Assembly (NCBI GenBank): GCA_963764625.1
Contig: CAVXTH010000009.1
Span: 384,001 to 448,000, forward strand
Source: Candidatus Krumholzibacteriota bacterium
GTDB lineage: Bacteria > Krumholzibacteriota > Krumholzibacteriia > JAJRXK01
Direction of reading: 5' to 3'
DNA length: 64,000 nucleotides
Shown: one piece after another, positions 1 to 9,994 of the stretch
Layout of the letters: each line of letters starts with the position of its first letter
How positions within the stretch are numbered: position 1 is the first letter of the stretch
Notes under the pieces: model-generated
The model's input: the letters and a program-made list of their open reading frames with translations, nothing else
The model's database searches: none
What the model was told of the DNA's origin: nothing
Translations under genes and position numbers: made by a program

Positions 1-723
1 GGGAATCCCCCTCCCGCGGTCCAACTCGAGGATCCAGCCCGCGGCGTTGTCGAGGAAGTATCGGTCGTGGGTGACCGCCACCACGGTTCCCGGATACGAG
101 TCGAGGTATTGCTCGAGCCACTCGACGCTCTCGGCGTCGAGGTGGTTCGTCGGTTCGTCCAGGAGCAAGAGATCGGGCTTCTGCAGGAGGAGTCGGCACA
201 GCGCTACCCGGCGGCGCTCGCCGCCCGAGAGGGTTGCCACTTTCGCGTCGGCCGGAGGGCAGCGCAGAGCATCCATGGCGATTTCCAGGGTGCGCTCGAT
301 CTCCCAGCCGTTCACCGCGTCGATTCTGTCCTGCAATCCTCCCTGACGCTCGAGTAGCGCGTTCATCTCCTCCTCGTCCATGGGCTCGGCGAACTTCGCG
401 CTGAGCTCCTCGAACTCGTCGAGTAGGGCCTTCACCGGAGCAACCCCCTCCATGACATTGGCGCCCACGTCCTTGGTCTCGTCCAGCTCGGGCTCCTGCG
501 CGAGCATTCCCACGCTCACCCCGCTTCCGGGCCTGGCCTCTCCCACGAATTGCTCGTCGAGCCCCGCCATGATCTTGAGCAGCGAGCTCTTCCCCGCGCC
601 GTTATGGCCGATGACGCCGATCTTGGCACCCGGCAGAAACCCTAGGGTGATGTCGTTGAGGATGACGCGGTTGGGAGGAACGACTTTCCCCAGCTTGATC
701 ATCGTGTAGACGAATTGTGACAT
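1..723 (-). CDS. ettA: Energy-dependent translational throttle protein EttA (ABC-F ATPase), 3' part outside window
   Basis: Translated by hand from ATG at 723: [54 protein letters not shown]..., later [31 protein letters not shown] and [10 protein letters not shown]. The frame stays open to the window edge, so it is missing from the ORF track. Confidence 0.93.
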   Translation of the reverse strand, partial: MSQFVYTMIKLGKVVPPNRVILNDITLGFLPGAKIGVIGHNGAGKSSLLKIMAGLDEQFVGEARPGSGVSVGMLAQEPELDETKDVGANVMEGVAPVKALLDEFEELSAKFAEPMDEEEMNALLERQGGLQDRIDAVNGWEIERTLEIAMDALRCPPADAKVATLSGGERRRVALCRLLLQKPDLLLLDEPTNHLDAESVEWLEQYLDSYPGTVVAVTHDRYFLDNAAGWILELDRGRGIP

Positions 724-940
724 GCTCAGCGCACCAGGACGAGACGCCGGGTATCCAGGGAATCGGCCGCGGTGGCTAGGGCGGTCAAGAGCAACAAGGG
801 GACCTCGTTCATGGGGACTCCAGAAGCGAGACGGAAGTGAGGGCACTGGTCACAGAGTATAGGACAATTTCAGCCCTGCCGGGGGGGAAGACCTGCACCC
901 TCGGGTAAGGAGATTCGCTCCCATCCAGTGGGTAAAGAAC

Positions 941-2053
941 TCAGACCGGTTGGGAGATGAGTGTCTTGCCGCTCTCGGGATCGAAGAAATGAGCGCGGCT
1001 CAGATTCAAGAGCAGCGGAACCTCCTGCTCGACGGAGATTTCAATCGTGGAGGGAATGCGGCTGGTGGCTGTCACGCCCTCTAGATTCCAGTAGAGTAGA
1101 GTCTCGCTTCCCAGGGGTTCGATGACCTCGACAGTGGCTCTGATCTCGGCGCAGAACGGGAGTGAAACGGCCGAGTCTGCCATTGGCGCGTCTTCAGCCC
1201 TGAGCCCCAGAATCAGTTTGCGCCGGCACAATCGTGCCAGTGCCTCAGGAATCGAGCCGCGGAGTTTCATCTGCCGCTCGCCAATCCGCAGAATGCCCCC
1301 TTCCTCTGTGCTCAGTTCCGCGGGCCAGAAGTTCATCCGAGGCGTCCCGACGAAACTGGCCACGAATCGGTTGGCGGGATGATTGTAGAGCGCCATTGGA
1401 GTTTCCACCTGCTGTACGATCCCATCATTGATGACCACGATCCGGGTTCCCATGGTCATGGCTTCCACCTGATCGTGCGTAACGTAGAGCATGGTTGCGC
1501 CCAGCTTGTGGTGGAGGCGCGAGATCTCCGTTCTCATTTCGGCCCGCATGTCGGGATCGAGATTGCTGAGCGGTTCATCGAAGAGGAAGACTTTGGGTTC
1601 TCTGACGATGGCCCGTCCTACCGCCACGCGCTGACGCTGACCTCCGCTGAGCTCTCCTGGCCTCCGCTTCAGAAGCGGTTCGATTCCCAGCACGTGCGCG
1701 GCCCGTCGTACGCTGGTCTGGATCTCCTCGCGGGGAACCTTTCTGATGCGCAGCCCGAGAGCCATGTTGTCAAAAACGCTCATGTGGGGGTAGAGCGCGT
1801 AGTTCTGGAAAACCATCGCGATGTCACGTTCACGCGGTGGCACTTGGTTGACGATTTTATCGTCGATGCGAATCGTTCCCTCGGTTACGTCCTCGAGACC
1901 GGCCACCATGCGTAGCAGCGTCGACTTTCCGCAGCCCGAGGGACCGACCAGCACCAGAAACTCCTGATCGTGCACGACGAACGAAGCATCACGCACGGCC
2001 TTGATGGTGCCCGCGTAGGTCTTGGACACGTTTTCGATCGAGACCTGAGCCAT
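941..2053 (-). CDS. Sugar/glycerol-3-phosphate ABC transporter ATP-binding subunit (MalK/UgpC family)
   Basis: GPSGCGKST Walker A, VFQNYALYPHM, LSGGQRQR, DEPLSNLD, YVTHDQVEAMT; C-terminal TOBE-like region. Confidence 0.93.
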   Translation of the reverse strand: MAQVSIENVSKTYAGTIKAVRDASFVVHDQEFLVLVGPSGCGKSTLLRMVAGLEDVTEGTIRIDDKIVNQVPPRERDIAMVFQNYALYPHMSVFDNMALGLRIRKVPREEIQTSVRRAAHVLGIEPLLKRRPGELSGGQRQRVAVGRAIVREPKVFLFDEPLSNLDPDMRAEMRTEISRLHHKLGATMLYVTHDQVEAMTMGTRIVVINDGIVQQVETPMALYNHPANRFVASFVGTPRMNFWPAELSTEEGGILRIGERQMKLRGSIPEALARLCRRKLILGLRAEDAPMADSAVSLPFCAEIRATVEVIEPLGSETLLYWNLEGVTATSRIPSTIEISVEQEVPLLLNLSRAHFFDPESGKTLISQPV

Positions 2054-2085
2054 GGGGACCCTCCACGTAAACCGACCAGAGGCCG

Positions 2086-2115
2086 AGTCTAGGCAGCTCG
2101 CGCCGCTTTCGTCAA
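2086..2115 (-). promoter_or_regulatory. Putative sigma70-type promoter for the MalK-family gene
   Basis: Minus strand TTGACG-18 nt-TAGACT, ending 33 nt upstream of the ATG at 2053. Confidence 0.5.
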
Positions 2116-2312
2116 CGCACCAGGGTCAAATTCACCGTTTCGGTCCGCGATGTGGTGGATCGGCAAGAACAGTCGAATGACTGCCGGATGCTGGCATCTT
2201 ACCACATTGCTGGGCGGAGAGAAGAACGGTGGAATTCTCGCGCGGGTTCGGTGAGACTGCAACCAGGCCTTGTTTCAAACCGCGAATCTGTGCCCGGAAG
2301 GGAGGAGAACGC

Positions 2313-2723
2313 ATGGACCGGATCGTAGTCGCAGGAAGAGAGTATCGCTACGCCACGCGCTTCGAACGGTGGCTCGGTCAGTTTCTCGACGGGGTGATCT
2401 ACTCGGCGCTCGTCCTCATTCCGATCCTGCTCTTGAGCGCCATTTTGGGGGACATGATGGCGGTTTTGATTGGGTCCCTCCCCGCGCTGTTCTATCTTCT
2501 GTTCCAGGATGGCTTGCCCGACGGCCAGAGCCTGGGCAAGAAGGGCGTGAATTCCCGCGTGATCAACGCCACCACCGGCGTGCCTTGCAACTTCGGCGAG
2601 TCGTTCGTGCGCAACATTTCGCTTCTGGTTCTCACGTGGATCGACTGGGTCTTCATTTTCGGAGAGCGACGTCAACGTCTGGGCGACAAGCTCGCCAACA
2701 CGGTGGTGGTGAAAGCGGACTGA
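2313..2723 (+). CDS. RDD family membrane protein
   Basis: ATG at 2313 after GGAGG; YATRFERWLGQFLD, GQSLGK, RQRLGDKLANTVVV. Confidence 0.85.
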   Translation: MDRIVVAGREYRYATRFERWLGQFLDGVIYSALVLIPILLLSAILGDMMAVLIGSLPALFYLLFQDGLPDGQSLGKKGVNSRVINATTGVPCNFGESFVRNISLLVLTWIDWVFIFGERRQRLGDKLANTVVVKAD

Positions 2724-2868
2724 GACCCGCTCTGGAGGATTTCAGATCCCTGCGCCTCAAATCGCGGCCAGGGTGTTCTTCAATTCCATAAGATCGGTGA
2801 GGACCCGAGCGCCGCTCCACACCCTGATCGAAATTTCCGCGCTCTACCAAGCCGTGCAGTGAAGGATC

Positions 2869-4344
2869 ATGTACGAGGTTCCCACCGTCAGAGTCCAGGC
2901 ACTCAATGCGATTTCCCCGCGTCCGGATGGCGAGTTCGTTCTCTACTGGATGGTCGCCCAGCGACGCCTGGGATGGAACTTCGCCTTGCAGAGGGCCGTC
3001 GCGCTCGCCGCGGAGATGCGGCGGCCCCTGCTCATCCTCGAAGCTCTTCGCGTGGAGTACCCGTGGGCTTCCGACCGGCACCATGCCTTCATCTTGGAGG
3101 GCATGCTCGAGCACGACGGACGTCTGCGAAACAGTGGAATCGGCTACTACGCCTATCTCGAGAGCGCGCCCAGAGCCGGCTCGGGTCTGCTGGCCGCCCT
3201 GGCCGCGCGCGCGGTCTGTGTCGTGACCGATGACCATCCCGGGTTCTTCTTTCCTCGCATGCGCCAGCGCGCGGCGCAAACGATCGGGTGCGCCATGGAG
3301 GCGGTGGATTCCTGCGGAATCATGCCCGTAGCGCAGCCTCAGCGCGCCTTCCCGAGCGCGCATTCCTTTCGGCGTCATCTCCAGCGTGAACTGCACGGGC
3401 CCTTGCGCGAGTTTCCAGAGCCGGACCCGCTCCGCGGCGCCAACGGTCTTCGCTTTGCCTCGGATCTGAAGGAGATCGAGGCTCGCTGGCCCCGTCTGCG
3501 GCCCGGAGACTCCATTGGTTCGCTGCTCGCGTCACTTCCCATCGACCATGCCGTGACCCGGATCAAAGGCCGCTGGGGCGGGAGCAAAGCCGCGCGCTGC
3601 GCGCTCGAGGAGTTTGTCGAAACGAGGCTCGCTGGCTACGCGCGCGATCACAATCAGCCCCAGCAGCACGCGAGCAGCGAGCTCTCGGCCCATCTGCACT
3701 ACGGGCACATCTCGAGTCACGAGGTCTTTACTGCACTAGCCGAGCGCGAAGGGTGGAACTTCTCCCGCGTTTGTGGAGACTGCACTGGAGCCAGGAGAGG
3801 TTGGTGGGGCATGTCGGAGGGCGCGGAGGCGTTCCTCGATCAACTCCTCAGCTGGAGAGAGCTCGGTTTCAACGCGGCTCGCTTCCTCGAAGACTACCGC
3901 GAGTTCGACTCGCTTCCCAGCTGGGCGAAAACCACTCTATTCGAACACGAGAATGACCCGCGGCCCCATACCTATTCCCTGGAAGAATTCGAGGAAGCGC
4001 GCACACACGATCCCCTCTGGAATGCGGCGCAGACCCAACTCGTGCGCGAAGGAGTGATTCACAACTACTTGCGGATGCTCTGGGGTAAGAAGATCCTTCA
4101 CTGGAGCGCCAGCCCCCGCGAAGCACTCGCGACGATGGTGCAACTCAACAACAAGTATGCTCTAGATGGGCGTGATCCGAATTCCTACAGCGGCATCTTC
4201 TGGGTGCTGGGCCGTTACGACCGGGCCTGGGGACCACAGCGGCCAGTCTTCGGCAAGATCCGCTACATGAGCTGCGAGAACACAGCCCGGAAACTCCGGG
4301 TGAAAGGATACGTCGAACGCCATGGGAGCCAGACTTTGGTGTAA
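2869..4344 (+). CDS. phrB: Deoxyribodipyrimidine photolyase, class II CPD type
   Basis: FVLYWM...R...N.AL, SELSAHLHYGHIS, THDPLWNAAQ, GVIHNYLRMLWGKKIL, NNKYALDGRDPNSY, RPVFGKIRYM. Confidence 0.9.
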   Translation: MYEVPTVRVQALNAISPRPDGEFVLYWMVAQRRLGWNFALQRAVALAAEMRRPLLILEALRVEYPWASDRHHAFILEGMLEHDGRLRNSGIGYYAYLESAPRAGSGLLAALAARAVCVVTDDHPGFFFPRMRQRAAQTIGCAMEAVDSCGIMPVAQPQRAFPSAHSFRRHLQRELHGPLREFPEPDPLRGANGLRFASDLKEIEARWPRLRPGDSIGSLLASLPIDHAVTRIKGRWGGSKAARCALEEFVETRLAGYARDHNQPQQHASSELSAHLHYGHISSHEVFTALAEREGWNFSRVCGDCTGARRGWWGMSEGAEAFLDQLLSWRELGFNAARFLEDYREFDSLPSWAKTTLFEHENDPRPHTYSLEEFEEARTHDPLWNAAQTQLVREGVIHNYLRMLWGKKILHWSASPREALATMVQLNNKYALDGRDPNSYSGIFWVLGRYDRAWGPQRPVFGKIRYMSCENTARKLRVKGYVERHGSQTLV

Positions 4345-4356
4345 GGGAGTGCCTCT

Positions 4357-4929
4357 GTGACTCGGTACGGGAGAGTTTTCCTCGCCCTCGGCTTGCTGTC
4401 CACCGCGGCCGGTGGCGCCCGTGGAGGGTCGAGCCCCACGCTGGCTCCCCGAGTGGTGGATCACCTGGATCTGCTGCGCTATGTGGGACGGTGGTACGAG
4501 ATCGCCCGGATTCCCAACCGATTCCAAAGGGACTGTGCGTCGAACACCACGGCGGACTACCGACGGTTGGCTGACGATCGCATCGAGGTGACGAACCGCT
4601 GCCGCACCCGCGACGGCAAGTTCCTCACGGCCCGCGGGGTGGCGCGGATCGCCAGCGGAGACAACCCGGCGCGGCTCGAGGTGAGCTTCGTGAAGATTCT
4701 GGGCCAGCAGCTTTTTTGGGGGGACTACTGGGTGATCGGTTTGGGAGAGAACTACGAGTGGGCCATCGTTGGCCACCCGCAGCGCAAGTACGGCTGGATC
4801 CTCGCGAGCAAACCCCGGCTCGACGAGACGACTCTGCGCTTGATCCGCGCGCAGTTGATCGACCAGGGCTACGACCCCAATCGGTTCGTCACCACGCCGC
4901 AAAGTCAGGATGCGGAGCCAGGCTACTGA
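4357..4929 (+). CDS. blc: Lipocalin family protein (Blc-like)
   Basis: Signal peptide; DLLRYVGRWYEIARIP, YWVI, YGWILA lipocalin motifs; 12 nt after the photolyase. Confidence 0.85.
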   Translation: MTRYGRVFLALGLLSTAAGGARGGSSPTLAPRVVDHLDLLRYVGRWYEIARIPNRFQRDCASNTTADYRRLADDRIEVTNRCRTRDGKFLTARGVARIASGDNPARLEVSFVKILGQQLFWGDYWVIGLGENYEWAIVGHPQRKYGWILASKPRLDETTLRLIRAQLIDQGYDPNRFVTTPQSQDAEPGY

Positions 4930-4977
4930 GTTTGCCGGCAGCCTCCTTCACACTCGCCGCGGAAGTCGTCCCTACGA

Positions 4978-7863
4978 TCAGCGAATCAGCGTGAGCTTCT
5001 GCACCATGGTGCGGTCGGCCCCGCCTCCTCGCACCTGCAGACGCGCGAAGTACTCGCCGTTCGCCAGCGGGCGGCCTCTCTCGTCGCGACCATCGAACTG
5101 AACCAAGTGCTGGCCGGCTTCCATGGAAGTGCGCACGACCTGGCGCACCCGCCGTCCTCTCACGTCGTAGAGATCGATCTGCACGCCAGCCCTGCGAGGG
5201 AGCGCGAACGAGAATACGGTCGAACCACCGGTAGGATTGGGTCGTGGCGGCGCGAAGGAAAGTAGGGTGGGCAAGCCCGAATCCCCCACCGCGGTGACGA
5301 CAGCGCTCTCACACTGCCAGCAATTCGTACGTCCCGGATCTCCGCCCACCATGGGCCATTTTCGATCGGGGAGCGATTGCGGGGGATGGTTCACGTCCCA
5401 TACCGAGAGCAAGCTGTCACTGAGCACCACGATCTCGTTGCTCGAATCATCGTCGATGTCACCGACGGCCGAACCGAGCTGTGTGGGCCGGGCGATGGGT
5501 TTGGGCCAGCCTCCCACGCCAAAGCCGGTGTTGGTCCAGGCCCAGCCTTGTTGCATGCTCGAGTTGGCGATGTTCGCGCTCGCGGTGTTGATGAGCGATT
5601 CGATCACCGGATCGGAGTAGGTCCCCCCAGCCCCGCCGGAGGTGCCTTTCGGATAGAGGCTCTGCAGCGCGCCTCCGTTGAGCGCCTCGTACATCTGTCC
5701 CGCCGCGCAGAAGGTGATCTCCGGAGGGGACGTTCCGATGAGTTGTCCCGCCGCGACGCGGGTCACGAAGCTGCCGGTACCCGTGTCGATACTCCAGGGG
5801 TTGTTACCCGCGCTGTCATACGCGTGGACGAGACCGTTTACGGTGGGGACCAGGATCTCGCGCATGCCATCCAGATCCATGTCTGCGAGGGTCACCGGCC
5901 CCGAAATGGAATACAGGGTGACGTCGTGAGACCACCCGATCGATTGGGTGTCGGGATGGAGCAGGTACAGCCAATCGTTCGCCTCCACCACCAGATCCGG
6001 CTGATCGTCTCCGTCCACGTCGCCGATCGAGGGCGGCTCGGTGATCACGCGGGAAAGCGGGATCTTGGCCTGGAGAACTCCGCGATAGTTCAGCACGTAG
6101 ACCCCGTTGCCACTGCAGGCCACGATCGAGCGCGGGTAGGGGGCCAGGACCGCCCCGATCGCCACGTAGGTATCTGCGTGCATGAGGGTGTCGTAGGGGA
6201 AACCGGGCATGACGACTCCATTGGGATCGAAGGCCCAGATCTGGCCGTCTGTGTTGCCCACCACGATGGCCGGCAGCCCGTCTCCGTTCAGGTCGCCAAT
6301 GGCCACCTGACCGGCATCCGGGATGTCTCCCACGTCCTGCGGCCACCCCCCGTATTCCAGACCCGAGGGATTCAAGGCGTGTACCCTGCCCTGGGTGTCG
6401 CTGTAGACGATTGCGTGGGGAGCATTCGTCCCCAGATACGCGATCGCGGGCGGCGTCGCCGGCACGTGGTCGAGGGCGACCGGGAAGCCGGGCTCCAGAT
6501 TGGGATGGCCGGGATCGGTGAACCAGGTGGCGTCGAACCTCAGAGTCTGATCCGAATCCAGGGGCCCGCAGAGGTACACCGAGGGAACCCACGCCACCGC
6601 GAACGCCCCGGGTAGCATCGGGTCCGCGGTCAGTCCAGGGGCGGCCACTCCCCAGATCGGGTCGGCGGGTGAGAAACACAAGACCGGCCCCGGTACGCCG
6701 GTCGAAGGGTCGACGTCGAGGACGATCGGCTGCTCTTCACAGCTCAGCGAGTTGCCGTTGTTGTCGTAGCGGCCGGTGACGTACAGATGGGCCCCGGTGG
6801 GATCGAAGAAGAGGCGGAACATTTCCTCCTCTTCGGGGAAGCTCGTGGTGTCGGCGGTGGCCCAGGTCGAACCTCCGTCCGCGCTGTGCTTCAAGAGTGC
6901 ATTGCCGCCAAAGCTGTTGCGCAGATAGAGAATGTACACGTCGGATCCGCTGGGCGACGCTGCAATGCCGTTCATCCAGGAATCGACGGTGCCCGTGGAC
7001 AGGGTGTGGGCGACCTGGGATGACCAATCGGACAGCCCCGAGTTCGCGTAATTGGCGGCGTACATGGTCCGGGCCGAATTGTTGATGCAGCTGGGGCCAA
7101 TACAATTGTCGCCGTAGTCGAAGGCGAGCTGAACGCGATCGTTGCCGCCAAACGCGATGTGAGGATTGAGATAGTAGTCAGGGCTCGCGACCGAGTCAAA
7201 GGTCAGGGCATAACTCGCCTCCCAGCTATCTCCCTTGTCCGTCGATCGGGCAAAGTAGAGGTTTTGTTGATTGCTGGCCGGAGTTCCCGTCGCCACCGCG
7301 TAGAGGTAGTAGTCGCCGTACGAGGAGACGTCGGAGGCAAGGTCCCCATCATTGAAGTCGTACCCGCTGAGGGCGAAGGGCGTGGTCACGGTCCAGACCG
7401 GGGTGGAGCTGTTGGGGCTCGTCCACGCGTGGCGAACGACCGAATCGCTGCCGTCGGCGAACGTGACCACATAGAGTATGTGCAGCCGTACTTGCGTTCC
7501 CTCGGCCAGGAGGAAGCGAAGCTGCGCCGTCCGTTCGCCGCTCGCCTTGGGCAGGGTGGACCAGAGTTCCCAGGTGGTGCCGTTGTCGAGGCTCCGGTAG
7601 ATGGTGGTGGTGCGTTCGATGGTGGGGGTGTAGGCGATGTTGGAGAGGGCGCAGAAGAGTTTCCCGTCGCTCGTCTTGACGAGTTCGGGATCGCCGACAT
7701 TGCCACTGAGATCCTGCACGATGATGGCGTCATCGCCCCCCACCAGTGGCGCGAAGGCGAAGGCCGCGGTGACGGTGAACCACAGCGTGAGGAAGAGAGC
7801 TACCAGGAAGCTGAGGCGCGAAGTGGGCGAAGCGGGAGAGAGAACGTAAGGGCGTGAGACCAT
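4978..7863 (-). CDS. Secreted protein with BNR/Asp-box propeller, FG-GAP repeats and C-terminal FlgD-Ig/T9SS-like domain
   Basis: Signal peptide; Asp-boxes SLDNGTTW, STDKGDSW, SADGGSTW; FG-GAP repeats GDLNGDG, GDVDGDD, ADMDLDG, GDIDDDS; C-terminus PNP...LYDVRGRRVR...DGRDERGRPLANGEYFARL. Confidence 0.82.
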   Translation of the reverse strand: MVSRPYVLSPASPTSRLSFLVALFLTLWFTVTAAFAFAPLVGGDDAIIVQDLSGNVGDPELVKTSDGKLFCALSNIAYTPTIERTTTIYRSLDNGTTWELWSTLPKASGERTAQLRFLLAEGTQVRLHILYVVTFADGSDSVVRHAWTSPNSSTPVWTVTTPFALSGYDFNDGDLASDVSSYGDYYLYAVATGTPASNQQNLYFARSTDKGDSWEASYALTFDSVASPDYYLNPHIAFGGNDRVQLAFDYGDNCIGPSCINNSARTMYAANYANSGLSDWSSQVAHTLSTGTVDSWMNGIAASPSGSDVYILYLRNSFGGNALLKHSADGGSTWATADTTSFPEEEEMFRLFFDPTGAHLYVTGRYDNNGNSLSCEEQPIVLDVDPSTGVPGPVLCFSPADPIWGVAAPGLTADPMLPGAFAVAWVPSVYLCGPLDSDQTLRFDATWFTDPGHPNLEPGFPVALDHVPATPPAIAYLGTNAPHAIVYSDTQGRVHALNPSGLEYGGWPQDVGDIPDAGQVAIGDLNGDGLPAIVVGNTDGQIWAFDPNGVVMPGFPYDTLMHADTYVAIGAVLAPYPRSIVACSGNGVYVLNYRGVLQAKIPLSRVITEPPSIGDVDGDDQPDLVVEANDWLYLLHPDTQSIGWSHDVTLYSISGPVTLADMDLDGMREILVPTVNGLVHAYDSAGNNPWSIDTGTGSFVTRVAAGQLIGTSPPEITFCAAGQMYEALNGGALQSLYPKGTSGGAGGTYSDPVIESLINTASANIANSSMQQGWAWTNTGFGVGGWPKPIARPTQLGSAVGDIDDDSSNEIVVLSDSLLSVWDVNHPPQSLPDRKWPMVGGDPGRTNCWQCESAVVTAVGDSGLPTLLSFAPPRPNPTGGSTVFSFALPRRAGVQIDLYDVRGRRVRQVVRTSMEAGQHLVQFDGRDERGRPLANGEYFARLQVRGGGADRTMVQKLTLIR

Positions 7864-8050
7864 GGGATCCCTCCGTATACGGGCCAGCACCGAGACGGGT
7901 CCGCCCGAGCCCTAGGGCTCCGGCGGCGGAGGGGGATCCTCATCGGGGTGTGGCTTCCAGTATGCCACGGCCTCGAGGTGTTACGCCAGCGCGCGGAGCG
8001 TTCCCGCCCCGCGCGCTGGTCTCGGCCTCATCTCGTGGTTTGCTCGCGTC

Positions 8051-9838
8051 CTAGCGGGTTGCCGGCTTGGCAGCCGCGTCCGGGATGTCGTACCCTGGCA
8101 GGGCCAGCCCCAGGAGGTAATTCTGGGTCCAGCTCCAGTTCCCCGAGGCGTCCTCCTCACGATCGCGTTCCCACACCTTCCCGATTCCCGGTGCGTACCA
8201 GAGGGTGTCCGCGCCCGACTGGACGGTGTCCATGCCATCCATCATCGCGAAGTCGAGGGTCCACTTCCAACAGTCGTACCACAAAATCTGCTGTAGGACG
8301 ATGCGCTTGGAGGAGTTAGGCCAGCTTCGCTGCTGCTTCAGCGTGAAGCCGGGAGCCAGGGGCAGGTCTTCCTGTCCCACCAGCTGCGCCGCATAGTTGA
8401 TCTGAACCGTGGCGCTGTCGTTGGAGGCGGTCGTGGTTCCACTCCAGCTCTGGGCGCTCAGAGGCAGTTTGAGCCAATCCACCGGCGGGTTCAACGTGGT
8501 CTCGAGGAGCACGCCTGCGTCGTACTCGGTGAACCCCATGAGCTTGATGGCGCTACCGGTGCGGCTCAGGATGTCCCAGCCGTTCTCTGTCTGGAACGCG
8601 TCGTCATAGCTCACCCGATCCCAGGTGGTCGAATTCTCACGCCGCAAGCTCTCGTAGGTACCGTAGAACTCCGGGCCCATCTGTCCCGAGCCCTGGTCGT
8701 AGTAGCGGATGCTCTGGAAGAGGAACTTGAAGCCGTCGACGAAGGGGTAGTAGTCGACGTCCCCGCTCACGGTGAGCGAGAGATCCAGCCCCTGAGTATT
8801 CGAGTTGCCCGCCATGTCCGTAAAATGGTCGAAGGTCGCGCGTAGAGGCAGACCACTGGGCATGGGGGTGGGAAGCGGCACCGTGAAGACGGTAAAGTTC
8901 TCCGACCACTGCGGTTGTTGATTCGACGAATTCACCAGGAGAAGGAGCTGAGCCCCGATGACCGAAGGATCGAAGTCGTTCGGATCGATCGGTTCGTCGA
9001 AGGTGAAGCGAATGAAGGAGGTGGTGGGGGGAATCGTCGAGCCATTGGCGGGCTCCATCGACAACAGACTCGGCGCGGTGGTGTCCCCCGTAGAGCCGGT
9101 CTCGAACTCGATGACGGCCTGCGTGGTGAGAGTGCGTCCATCGTCGGCCTGTGCCGTCACGGGGATCGTCACGCGAATCGTCGCGTTGGCGGGCAGGGGG
9201 GGATTGAAGCTCAGAGTGATCCAGTTGTCCTGACCCGATGCGACCTGAAACGCCAGATCCACGAGTCCGCCCGGCGGATTGGGAAGCACCTGTTGCACCG
9301 AGATCTCGCTGGTGAGCGAGGAGACGTTCATCCGGGTGGAAAAGAGCAGGGTCAGCTGTGAGTTGGTGTTCACTCCGGTGGCCTGATCGGCGGGGAGGCT
9401 GCTCAGGAAGAGCACTGAACTCGTCTGCGTCCAGAAACTCCAGGAGTAGGCAGTCCCCAGCGTTCCACCGCTGGCGCTCTTGATGCCCGCATCGAGGGTC
9501 ACCATCACCTGTTCCCCCTGGGTCCAGCTCGTATGCTCCACTTCGATGACGTCGTTCGCGGGTCGATTGACCTGGGTGACGGTCGCCGAGCCGAGGCCGA
9601 TGAGGCCACTCAAGTCTTGGGTGGCGTCGAGGGGCTGATCGAAAGTGACGCGCACCGGCTGCATGGGATCCACGGAGGCATCCAGATCACTGGGTTGCAC
9701 GGTCACCACATGGGGTGCGACCGGAGTAGTCGACGGCCCGGTGCTGCTGTTGCTGCAGCCGGCCTGCCAGAACAGAGCGCTGCCCAGCAGCAGCATGAGT
9801 GCGAACGGGACACCCTTCCGGATGTGCGTGGTCTTCAT
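8051..9838 (-). CDS. Lipoprotein with three bacterial Ig-like (Big_5-type) domains
   Basis: Lipobox QAG-C; three repeats of P.d....V......i.vtF..P; C-terminal beta domain with WYAPGIGKV; AGAGGAG RBS. Confidence 0.75.
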   Translation of the reverse strand: MKTTHIRKGVPFALMLLLGSALFWQAGCSNSSTGPSTTPVAPHVVTVQPSDLDASVDPMQPVRVTFDQPLDATQDLSGLIGLGSATVTQVNRPANDVIEVEHTSWTQGEQVMVTLDAGIKSASGGTLGTAYSWSFWTQTSSVLFLSSLPADQATGVNTNSQLTLLFSTRMNVSSLTSEISVQQVLPNPPGGLVDLAFQVASGQDNWITLSFNPPLPANATIRVTIPVTAQADDGRTLTTQAVIEFETGSTGDTTAPSLLSMEPANGSTIPPTTSFIRFTFDEPIDPNDFDPSVIGAQLLLLVNSSNQQPQWSENFTVFTVPLPTPMPSGLPLRATFDHFTDMAGNSNTQGLDLSLTVSGDVDYYPFVDGFKFLFQSIRYYDQGSGQMGPEFYGTYESLRRENSTTWDRVSYDDAFQTENGWDILSRTGSAIKLMGFTEYDAGVLLETTLNPPVDWLKLPLSAQSWSGTTTASNDSATVQINYAAQLVGQEDLPLAPGFTLKQQRSWPNSSKRIVLQQILWYDCWKWTLDFAMMDGMDTVQSGADTLWYAPGIGKVWERDREEDASGNWSWTQNYLLGLALPGYDIPDAAAKPATR

Positions 9839-9994
9839 GACAGCTCCTCTCGTCTCAGAAATAGGGGGCGGGACCCTATGAGTTATCACCTTGGCCAAGA
9901 GCCCTAGCACCTACTGCGCTCGCAGCCAAGCGAAAGTCTGGTCCCGCACGGCACGCGGTCTCAGGGTACGCGAGGAGGTGACATTTCCTCGCGC

